This document shows, one piece after another, positions 12,895 to 35,903 of a stretch of 64,000 nucleotides of DNA (the stretch's first letter is position 1; each line of letters starts with the position of its first letter). This DNA comes from Ramazzottius varieornatus. Taxonomy: Eukaryota; Animalia; Tardigrada. Position numbers and translations under genes: made by a program. Below the pieces are notes generated by a model. It saw only the letters and a list, made by a program, of their open reading frames with translations, was not told the DNA's origin and searched no databases. The DNA is taken from contig BDGG01000016.1 of assembly GCA_001949185.1 (NCBI GenBank), positions 682,001 through 746,000 of the forward strand, written 5' to 3'.

Positions 12895-13767
12895 TCATCG
12901 AGGTCTTCGTGGATCTTTGGGCGTATCATTGCTTCGGTTTGATTGCGCGATTTTTCGCTTGTCGGTGTATGAAGCTACCAGATCATCTTCGCTAACTCCT
13001 TCGTTTCCTCCGCAAATACTCCGAAAGAATGGCAGCGTCTTGCACACTGCGAAGAAGAAAGGAAAATTACGGTGTCAGTACAAAATTTTGAAGATTTACC
13101 GTGCAAAGTTCGGGGAAAATATCAGTTAAATTTCAAAGTCTGCCAGATTTACATCTGGCAACATCGTGTCATAACCTTCCGAAGGAACCTGCCGACTCGA
13201 AAAACTGAGAATTATTTGAACGACATATCGAATCAAAAAACACAGTCCGGAGAATGTTCCCTTGACAGAAGTTAGCCTTAAATGGTTTCGTGGCACGAAC
13301 CGTCAAAAACGTAATGAACACTGACGGTCACAACCGCAAAAAGATCAGCCATTGGCAAGCAGAAATTTCTGCATTGAACTGTACGCATCGCATACCCGTC
13401 GTTTTGCTGCTAATTATTTGGAAAAACATTTCTAAAACATTCAGGAATCATTTCCAAACGTTATGAATGCACCTTCAAAAAGACCACATCCTCGCGGAGC
13501 ATCCTGGCCCATCAAACCCGGTCTACCACCTGTTCTGGGTAGGCCGGCCGTATTTACCACGCGCTTCTTGATGTATTTGGGCGTGTTGGTGACGTCCTGG
13601 ACAGCGGCCTTCCCAAGTGCTCCGCCAGCTTGACCAACTCCGCGGACCACGTCTTTAGCTAAGCCTTGAACTCCATAGTCTTCCTGCTTGGTAGCTTGTG
13701 GCTTATCCTTCCGGGTAGAGGCTACCGGGTGGTTCTTTGAAGTTGCTCGCCGTTTTCCATCATTCAT
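12895..13767 (-). CDS. Orphan two-exon basic protein, ~148 aa (exons 13767-13473, 13046-12895)
   Basis: ATG-initiated ORF MNDGKRRATSK..RGCGLFE with phase-1 donor G|GTGCAT, joined in frame to a strong acceptor (ttcttcttcgcag|) giving VCKTLPFFRSICGG..DPRRPR*. No recognisable domain. Confidence 0.45.
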
Positions 13768-14314
13768 CACAATGAAACAGGAAAGTCATAAATCCAGCTG
13801 TGACTGCTTATGTTCTTCCGAAGAATAGATTTCTCTCCAGCCGAAATCGCGGGTGGATGAAAACCGAAATGAAATGTCCACTGCAATATTGGAGTCCGAA
13901 CATAAAAACAAGCACAGAGCGCGAGATTCTCCCAAGAGGAACTAAGTCGGGCTTCGTGACTTACATATATTCGAATAATTTCCACTCAAAAATCACGGCG
14001 GTCTTATGGATTAACGTTTACTCAGTCCAGAGCTTCAAGATAGCGATGTATTCATTCTGGTATTGACAAGCTCCACCATGACGACCGAAAATTTCGCGGT
14101 CCTGTTCGCACTTTTGTCGCGTTTTACAGCGAACCATCCACGAAAAATGAGGTCAAGTGACTTCAGGATCAACTAACAACTTTGGAATCAACAAAATCCG
14201 TAGAAGATTAGTCGGTACGTGAAAGTATAGAGTAAAAGGTAGAAATCCAGTCAGACAGTAACAGTGAGAAAACACACAGAACTGTCTCCTTCCAACAATG
14301 TTCAACAATGTCCT

Positions 14315-15582
14315 TCACTTCGAACGTTTCTTTGCCGCCTTTGCCTTCTTTTCTTCCTTCAGTCGCTTTCTGGCTTGGTCCTGGATGTACTTTGTGGTGC
14401 GTCTGTACCGTTCCGCGGCAGGTCCCGGAGGTTTCTTGATCATCGGTATTTCCATCTTCCTCAGGCGACCATAGACCACCTTGTGCGAGACATTAGCGAC
14501 GCCATTCGACTGCAGAAACTTGGCTATTTCTTTCGAGTTGGTAGAGTGGAACTCGTCGACGTATTTGCGAATGGCAACGTCAATGTGGTCCTCTGCTGAC
14601 TTGGGCTTGCGTCCCATTTGCTTCTTCTCCTGCAGCTCTCCTGCAAAACCCAAGACTTCATTTCAACGAATCACACACGTAATAGGGCAATGGACAAAAT
14701 ACATACCTGTAACAGGGTTGGTCGTCTTCAGTACCTTCCTGTGAAAGAGGAAGAAGTAACATCGAGGCAAAGTTGCAACGGTTGCAACTGTGCAACACTC
14801 TGACATCACTTAATGCCAAATAGTATGTGTCAGTGACGGTCAAGCACTGAAGCACACTCCAAATTACACAGCGCATTACGTCACTTAACCATTTTGACGT
14901 CATGAACCAGCTGAACAAAAACATCATTATTAATTTCTAGAACCAGATCTTCCATCTTGACTTACGTCACCCATTTCCTGTCGTGATCGAAGAAGTATCC
15001 GATCTCGTCGTTGGACAGTTTTTCACAAGCCTTCATACGATGCACAGCAATGGAGATGATGTGGGAAGATTCATCCGACAGCCTGATGAACGGCGCCTTT
15101 TTGTTACTGGGTGGCGGATGAGGAATCGGTCCAGGTAGCTTCATGGGAGTTACTGGTGCATTGGGTAGCTGAAGAGGTATAGAATAAGTCGGTGGAAGCT
15201 CAGGGCCCGTCTGGGAGCGTCGAACACTCGTGACAGGAGGGGTGTAGTTGATAGCTTTGAATATCTCCGAGGGGAGAGGAGTATGGTCATTAGGCAGCCG
15301 TGGTTCAGGAATGGTGATGTAGGACATCTGGGGAGGAGCTGGCTTGCCTGGAACGAACGTGAACGTCATCGAGTCCAACTTCTCGTTTCTGGTGTCGGAA
15401 GGTTGACTGGCTACGCTGGCGTTCGCCAGAACGGAGATGACGGAGAAGTTTTGAGACATATCGATAGACTGAGAGGTGTCTCCTTCGGCAGTCGCACTTT
15501 CGGGGTCGAATTCAGATTCGGATTCGCTGGCTTCATCTCCTGGTAGTCCCGTTATGTGCACGAGATTCCTGTAGTAATCCAT
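14315..15582 (-). CDS. Paired-like/Tc1-transposase-type bipartite HTH protein without catalytic domain, ~324 aa (exons 15582-14966, 14738-14707, 14640-14315)
   Basis: Three exons join in frame through a 32-nt micro-exon: LSNDEIGYFFDHDRKWVT|KVLKTTNPVT|GELQEKKQMGRKPK..IRKYVDEFHSTNSKEIAKFLQSNGVANVSHKVVYGRLRK. This reads as HTH, GRxxK linker, second HTH. The N-terminus is acidic then Pro-rich, and the C-terminal tail is basic. Confidence 0.75.
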
Positions 15583-16732
15583 CGTCCTGGCTGGCTGTGG
15601 AAGAAAGCTAGCACAGTAAGCACACCTCAAAGATGATTTAAAATCAAAAAGAAACTCAGAAAAGTAACATGAGCTGCTAAATATGGCGTTGCTTGGAGTT
15701 GATTGACTTGAATGCTGCCAGAACTGATGGTTGATTAGTTGATGGACGCCACAAATAGTTTGTGCAAGGCCACGTCCAGCAGCTCATACATGGAAAAGTT
15801 TTACAGAAATTTATTTTATTGTCCGACGAAAATCACGAAGTACAATTATGACGAAGTCCAGCCACTATCGCAAGTACCGTTTTTTTTTAATGTTTTACCG
15901 TACTGAATCCGCCCGCCTGTGCGAATACTTCGAACTTGAACGTACTACTTCTAGAAAAAAGAACTATTTCGAGTTCTGAATTTTTGATGATCACTGTAGA
16001 GCTGCAGTTCTTTGCGTGCTGAAAACAACGGCGTGCCGAAATGCGGCTTGACTCGGCACCCGCCGTAAACTAGTGAAGAATACCCATCCACCGATACGCC
16101 AAAGGTGAGGGAATCAAGTCATGGTCTGACTTTCTAAGAATCGACAACTGTTTTGAACTTTTGGGTGTATGGTCGATGAGGTAACGACTGCTCGCTCCGC
16201 CTCGACATTCGCAGAGCACAATCAATCAACCGCTGGAGCATGTGTCCCGCTCTCCGGTAACGCAAAGTACAGCAGCTCAGCAGTGTTGATGATTTGATCG
16301 TAATTCGTAAGAGTCGAAATTTTTCACGATCCGAAGATTCTGACATCCGGATTCTCCATTCTTTCTCCGTCGAGCAACGTTTGCTCCCTTGTGTGATTGG
16401 ACAGGGAAACCGATGACAGGAGAACTTACGGAAACCAGCACCTTGTAATCGTGAACCGCTCTGCAGTACTCAGATCAGAGCACGGTCAACCGTGTCAGTC
16501 GTCCTTATCAGTTGATCGCTTCTCATCCGATTCGCTCTCCATCTCCTAGTAGCTTCCTCGACCTCACCGGATTGTGTAGAACACTGAGTTCAACACAGCC
16601 TCTGAGTCTCCCCAAAGACTGGCAGTAAGTCAGTACGACACCCATCTTCCCAGAAACTTTTATCCCCAACAGAGTCTTGTTTCTTCATCTTTCAGGAAGT
16701 GTCTTTGACTTATCTCTTCAACCACGCTGAGG

Positions 16733-18658
16733 ATGGACTCCGCTGGTCGGACGTTCAGAACCGGGCACCAGAAGAGCACTCCTAAGTCACATCAGCCCGC
16801 CAGAGAGTACGTGAAGAAGATGAAGCCAGTCCAGCTCGAATGGCGCAGCGAAAGCCAGCTGGCCTCCATCGCCTCCAGAGCAGCCACCAACACCACACCC
16901 TGGATCAAAGAAGGTAGACAGTACAGCCCCGGTATGATCGGACTTCACGAGGAAGTCAAGGACTGCTACGAGTGGATAAAGCCTACCGCAGCTGAAGCAA
17001 GAATGCGGCAGAAGGTTATTGGCGAGGTACAAGCATTTCAAAACTCGACAACATCGTTTTCCTCAAGTGGCGCACGTTTTCAGTGTTGCTAGCTGGAGGT
17101 GTGCATCACTTGGAAAAACGATCGGACCAAATTGGTTTGTTTTTTCAAGTTGCGCCTGCTGTCAGTGTTCTTGGCTGGCAGCGAGCGCCACTTGAACAAG
17201 CGATCTTGTCGTTTTCGATCTTAGTTAACCGAAGCGGTTAACCGGGCCTGGTTGGACATGCCCTTTCAGCCCCTGGTCTATATTTTTCGCACATCGGTAC
17301 GAATGTTACTGCTTTCGTAGGATACTGGGAGACTTCCAACCGGGATGGCTTGCATAGTCAAGAGTCGACTGTGCACATTTCATCATGATGTCGGTTTTTG
17401 TTTTTGGCCATAGGTTACCCAAGTCATCAAGAACTTGTATCCCTACGTGAATATCCAAGTCTTCGGCAGCTTTCGCACCGGCCTGTACCTGTCCAGCAGC
17501 GACATCGACTTGGTCGTCTTCGGGAAATGGCCGCAGCTTCCTCTTCAGACTATCGCTGATGCTTGTGTGCAGGCCAAGCTTTGTCGCTTCGCGGATGTTA
17601 AGGTAGTCGACAAAGCCTTCGTTCCGCTGCTGAAATTAACCATGCTGGAATCAGGTGCAAAGGTAAAGGGGAACACTTGTCGTTTGGAAGTTAGCAGTGG
17701 GTAATTTCGCACTGAATTTGCAGGTGGATATTTCCTTCAACATGACCAACGGTATCAACAACGTCGCTCTGATAAAGTCATACGTCGAGACCTACCCTTC
17801 TTGTCTTCCTCCTCTTTTCCTTCTGCTGAAACAGTTCCTCGTCTATCGTGATCTCAATGAGGTGTACACGGGCGGCGTTAGCTCGTATGCGCTGATCCTG
17901 ATGATCGTCAGTTTCCTTCAAAAGCACCAGCGAGACCACAGCAAAGACGGTACGAACCTTTCCATATCTCTCATTTCTGCAGTGAACCCAAACTGTGCTG
18001 TCGTTTGTATCGCAGGTTCCGAGCCAAATTTAGGTGTTTTACTTCTGGAATTTTTGGAGTTTTATGGACGAACGTTCAACTACGCTCAAGCGACCATCTG
18101 CCTGTTGGACGGTGGGTCCTACATCTCGAAGAAGATGATGCAGCAGAAGATGACACCTGGACATACTCCGGGCATGCTCAGCATCGAGGTTTGTCCGAAC
18201 TTTCTGGATATTCTCACAGTAGACAAAAATGCGGTAGCACACTCCCTTACTCACCTGCATACATCAACCGCTTCGTGGGGTTTGGTACTCGGGTATGCAG
18301 GTTTGTACACACGCATCCCGTTTGCATATCCATCAACTTACAATATAACCTATATACATTGGCCGTACACTTAGCGTGGTAGGAACGTGCACAGGTTTCT
18401 GAAATAAGGTGTGTGATGGTCGCCGTCCTTTCAAACAAGTTCCTTTCGTTCCAGGATCCGATTCAGCCCGGCCACGACGTTTGCCGTTCCTGCTACGGTG
18501 CCCTGTCCATGAAGCAAGCCTTCGAGTATGCCTTCGTTCACCTCCAGCGCGCGGTCCTGTCCAACACCAAGAGCGAAAAGACCGGCATGCTGCACCACAT
18601 CCTCGGTGTCCACGCCGATGAAGTCAAGTTCCGCGAATGGGTGAACAGTCAATGGTAG
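16733..18658 (+). CDS. TENT4: Non-canonical terminal nucleotidyltransferase, TENT4/PAPD5-7/Trf4 family (exons 16733-17026, 17414-17662, 17724-17949, 18016-18188, 18455-18658)
   Basis: GLHEEV, VFGSFRTGLYLSSSDIDLVVFGKW (GS + DxD), VDISFN, LKQFL..RDLNEVYTGGVSSY, NLGVLLLEFLEFYG, SIE|DPIQPGHDVCRSCYGALSMKQAFEYA. All splice phases are consistent. Confidence 0.93.
17048..17210. repeat. Palindromic element family A, two-core copy (TENT4 intron)
   Basis: Two degenerate AAGTGGCGCAC...GCGCCACTT dyads 82 bp apart. Confidence 0.75.
18249..18305. repeat. Palindromic element family B (TENT4 intron)
   Basis: ACCTGCATAC-N30-GTATGCAGGT. Confidence 0.65.
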
Positions 18659-19332
18659 CTTACTTCCCACCGATTGATAAACTCTGTAGTCTTTCTTAGC
18701 TAGATTCTACATAGAGGTACTTGGAATGTGCATTTAGTTTGCAGAGTTTGCGTTTTGTTTCATACACTCGACAGATTTAAATTCTAAGAAAAAATGGTGA
18801 GCTAGGGTGAGTTTTGATTTTAGCCGGCTTTTGCCTTGTGTGTGAAAATTTTTATCCAGAAAACTGACCAAAATCGTCCTGTACTTTGATTCTCTCTCTC
18901 TCTATTAGAATACCTCATTCTGTACAATCTGAATTTCCTGTATAACTGACCAAAAAAATTCAGAGTTAAAATAAAAGAAAAGGTGTAGACGATGGAAGAG
19001 GGTATGAGTAAGTTAACCATAACAAGCAAAGAAAAACCATTACACAGTAAAGCAAAATCACACTGTCAAACTGGAAGATCAATAACACTTAACACTATTA
19101 ACACAAACCCAGCAAAGATTCTTCCTCGTATGCGAAAATACCGGGATCTTCACCTTCACACTTTACAAGCTGCCCGAAAGATTACTCGTTATACAGAGAT
19201 CGTGTATAATTTCGAAAAGCCTAAACACTAGCGAACACATCACAGTCTAATCGGGGTTTTGAGTTTGCGACACGATTGTGCCTTCCGGTCCCCCACTTCC
19301 CCTTTTTTCCAGCTTCGTTCGATGGCTTACTT

Positions 19333-31336
<12,004 letters not shown>

Positions 31337-34287
31337 TCTTCCCAAGCCTAACGATGTCTTTCACTCTGTCGATTCTGTATATTCCGACCAAATATCAAAA
31401 CCGCATGACAGCTTTCCCGTCATATCACACCGAAGGAAGAAGCGATCGAAGAGCGAGCCTGAAAATAAAACTGAAGGCAGCTGATCGCACTTGACGTATA
31501 AAAATAATAAATTCACATCGTTTGAGATAAACGCCGAGGAGACATAAAATTCCGTACGATGATATGCTCGTCATCGTCAAAAGAGACTTCCTTCACTTGC
31601 TTGCTAACATCAAATTCCCCGAACTTTAATCCATAATTGTATTCCCAAGTTCGACAAGGAACCTGCAAGGAGACAACATCCATCAAAATATCAGACCATG
31701 TTCGAGAAGTTTTTGATGGTTCGAAGTACTTGAAAGGATGACAAGAGCGTTCAAGTGCGCGCGTACTCGACTCACATGCCAAACCTTAAACGTTAACCTA
31801 GGCCGAATATTTCCTTCACGACCTCCTCGTCTTAAGTTACGCACATGTGGCTATTTCCAGCTGAAGACTAATATCTTCCCCACACGCAAGAAGCAAACTC
31901 CCAACGCCTTTGCAAAAAGTGCCAAAAACCGTACCCAAAAAACAAGACAAGGATGTATTCAGTCAACATGAAGAAAAGTTCCACAGACTGCGTGCTTTTT
32001 GGCACTTCTGCATGTTCTCAAATAACAAACGCCGAAATCGATCCGTACGAACCAGTCACAAAACGACACAAAGTCAGTTGGATGTAGATAGTCGCTTGAT
32101 CCAAGAAATGACTCGAAGACTCGCCAAAATCAACTGGGTATGACAGAGCGAACCTTCATCAAAGTGTAATCAAAGGCATTCAGCTCTTTTGCCTTTTCTC
32201 ACATGCTCATCATCCTCTCATAACCACCAACCAGCATCGCACTACAAACACCGACACAGAGATAGAAATATGTATGTACAGAGGGAAATATTGATCACAT
32301 GCTGACCTGACTTGCTTTGCAGGGTCGCTTTGTTATGTTAATGCAAACGATATCAACAATGACGCTACTTGTTCAACTGTGCCGCTGGATACCCTCCACT
32401 GTATGTCTGCCATCAAAAAGTTGAACTCATAACTGGTTATCGTACGTCTTTACTCTTCACGTTTTCTTCTGCATCGTCGCGGCGCCTTCGTCACAGCGAC
32501 TTGACCATGCTTTTCCAGTTCGTATACCTGCAATGAGCAACATCGTCATCGCGGTGAGATAGGTAAACAAATAAATGCGTACAGTTGCTAACAAAATACT
32601 AACCTGCAAAGGCCAAGTTGGCGTGTGTAGAAGTCAATGGAGCGATGCTAAAAGTACGCCCGACGTTGTCAATGAGGAAATTCGAGATGATGGAAGCGCG
32701 AACCACGGATATGCTCACAAAACAACGCCTTTTGTAGAGGGGCCTTCTCCTCCTCCGACCAACTCCGTTTTTTGCTGCAGTAACTAATGGCGGACCAGGG
32801 ACTCCTGCGGCATGTGGCACAAGACAAATAAACGGAGGTAATTGTTGCTCCAAGGGAAATATGTAACTTTAAACGATGATAAATCTTGCGGCAGCCAGAG
32901 TAAAGTGGAAGTTTATACGACAAGTTGAAGAGCATCTTCAAAAACTAATCTGAGCCACGTATGATCAAACCGCGCACGCATTAAAATAGGCGGAGCATCC
33001 CTGCGCAAAACTCGAAACGCACATGTGCGCGCACAACGCATCAGTTGTCGCTTCGCTATTCCAGTCTCTTGACGTCATCCATTCAGGCGCATCGAATCGA
33101 CTACTCAAAGCAAATCAATTGAGTCGACTAGTCGAGAAATTTGACCGCTGCCTACAGTAAACCTGCTCTAAAACGAAAAACGTGATTTTCAGCGGCAGAC
33201 GTGCGAGGATTAAAAGAAGATCCGAACTGGTTGAGCAAGATTCTTTGGTTGACATAATGGCCAGGCGATGGATGCTGATCGGACCAGACGATCGAACGGA
33301 AGACAAGTCAGAAAGAAGAGCGGCCTCTTTTCCTAATTAAACCCACACAACGAAGATAACGAGATTTGCCGCTTCCATTCGTCGCTTATCGCACTTGCTT
33401 ATCATGTTTCCACTCCAAAAATGATTAACGACAACAACATTTCACTGCTTTAGAGCCGGCTAATTTCACTTCATTAGGGAGGCCGGGAGGAAAATTCTTT
33501 TACGCCTCACTTGTAGTTAAAATCCACTTCCGGTGGAAACAACGAACTCTTCATAAACTCCGCATCGAGTTCTAAAGCGCCTCCCTTCTCATCACAAAGG
33601 CCTGAAGAGAAGGCCGAACAAGCCTTGTTCTTCCTGCTCAATACTCAAACAGCTCTATGAACGCGCAAGCGAGAGTTAAACGTGAGGAATGCAAAGCCGA
33701 ATGTTAATGGACCAAAAAAAGCAACCAACCTTGTGTACACTAGGCCGTCAGCATCAATCACAGCTTAAGTACCGATTTATCGGAATAATCCGAGCGTCTG
33801 GCTGCCAGCGCTGGTCTGTACGAAGATATAGAGCAATGCAATAATTCCGATTATATTCCGGGAGTGATTTGGATATCGCAATGATGATCGGTTATTTCGA
33901 CTCCAGCTAGTGTAGCTACTCCAGCGGGTGTTGTCGATCAGTTATCCCGATGGATCCACCTAAGAGACAGATGAAGCTTGAGGAACCAGAAGGTATGACA
34001 TCGATCGATGAGAAATCCAAAGCGTGACTCTTGTACTTGTGAGGAGCAAATGAGCTGCCTCGATTTCTCTGTCGACGAAGAAAACTTCAACATCAGCAAA
34101 AGAAGCAAAAGTCATTCGATGGATGTTCATGACGCACTGCAGCCAGCGGTCATTCCGTCCGTCCGCTGACACGCAATCCTAGCAATGACTTGCGGAACGG
34201 GTAGTAATCAATGTACAGCCGCCTGTTCGACAGATCCGCCCATGAACTTATCGACCACATCGTCGCGATGTCAACCGATATTTAAGT

Positions 34288-34713
34288 TAGAGCACGGAAT
34301 CCGCATGCGCTGCGCTGCACAGCACTGCACTGCAGCACAGCAGCAGCACGTGAACTGACGAGATTTGTGCGGTGCAGCACAGCATACAGCAGAAAGCCAT
34401 AGACTACCGCGCAGATGCACCTACCAAAACCTGACAAAAATTACAGCTTTTGGGCATTTGAACGTCAGCCGTCTCAGCTTTGCCGTATTTTACGGCAACG
34501 TTCTCCAGGTTGACCACAGATTTCACTGACTGAATTACAAACCACGTCAATACATTGGCGTCCCGCACAGTTGCACCAGGTCAACGTGCATCTGCATCAC
34601 AGCTGCTTAGCCACTGGGCATGAAAGTTGTGCAGCACAGCGTAGCGTACAGCGCCCTGGTAATGTGCGCAGTACAGTTGCAGCGTACTTTTGGACCTGCG
34701 GCCCAGTGCTCTA
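34288..34713. mobile_element. Non-autonomous hAT-type MITE (GCA-rich subterminal repeats)
   Basis: Ends TAGAGCAC...GTGCTCTA with an exact 8-bp TSD ATTTAAGT (34280-34287 and 34714-34721). Confidence 0.85.
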
Positions 34714-34737
34714 ATTTAAGTTAGTCTGAGTTATAGG

Positions 34738-35172
34738 TAGTGCTGGGATAAATACGATAAAATACGATATATTTTCTGATAAATATCCTTCAATATTTAT
34801 ATCTCGTTTTGGATGTCAACCACGGATCGACATTTCGATATGATACGTTTCTGATATTTTATTGTTGATGTATCGGATTTTATCGCAGTGGTATATCGAT
34901 ACATCAAGCCAGTACCATGTTGAAAACTATCGAAATCAAGAAAGAGCCAAAGAGAAACCAAACGGCTGTCGTTCACTACGTTTGCGGGTTTGCGATTTAT
35001 CGATATATCAGAAATATATCGATACACCGCGATATGATATTTCATTTATCATATTCCGCTCAGCAATATTCCGTCCATATCGATATTTCGATATGATATT
35101 TTTATCATATCGAATCACTGTGATGTGATATATTTCGATAAGATACGATATATCATATTTATCCCAGTACTA
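34738..35172. mobile_element. Non-autonomous hAT-type MITE (CGATAT subterminal repeats)
   Basis: 17-bp TIRs TAGTGCTGGGATAAATA / TATTTATCCCAGTACTA (1 mismatch); 8-bp TSD GTTATAGG / GGTATAGG (7/8); dense CGATAT/ATATCG motifs. Confidence 0.85.
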
Positions 35173-35903
35173 GGTATAGGCGCTTGTTTTAGGCTCAGTT
35201 TTTGACTGGCTGTTCAAAACGTGACATATCAGCACGCCTGATGGCTGGTTGCGTCGGGCGACGTAGAACAGCTTGAATGCGATCGTTTGATCGCTCTAAA
35301 TGATACGTGCTCGCAATGTTTGGACTGATGCGCGGAAGAGCTTTCCATACGCAGCAAACTGTTGACTCACACAGCACTCTGGCAAGCTCTTCTGGGATTT
35401 TCATCTTAGTGCCTTTTGCCTAAATTTTTGGCAACGTTGTCTGTGCGAGGTGCTTGCTGGCACAGAAATGTACGTCATCGTACAACGCTAACTTGATACA
35501 ATCACAACTGAGGCAACGGCGGAACGAAAGGGACAGAATGCTGTACGCCGATCGGCAATAGCCTGAGACAGCTACTGTTGTCACGTATAGTGTTTTGCGC
35601 AACGGACGTACACAAGTACCGTGTACGACATAATAAACCGTTAAAAATGAGTGTTGGATGGAACCAGTAAGAGGTAACCAATGAAATTTGCGCATGCAGC
35701 AAAATATGATTCTCATTGGCCGAGTCGTAAATTATCTCCAGCTGCAGTATTACGCCCATTTTTTGACGGTTAAATTTGTCGTACACTACCGGAAGTCGTC
35801 CGACTCGCCAGAAGTTGTCTTAATTCACTCTTGACTCTTAAGCTTGGACGTGTTCCCATTTTCTCCGAACCTTCCTAGCGTGCTCGTGAGGCTTGTAGCT
35901 GCA

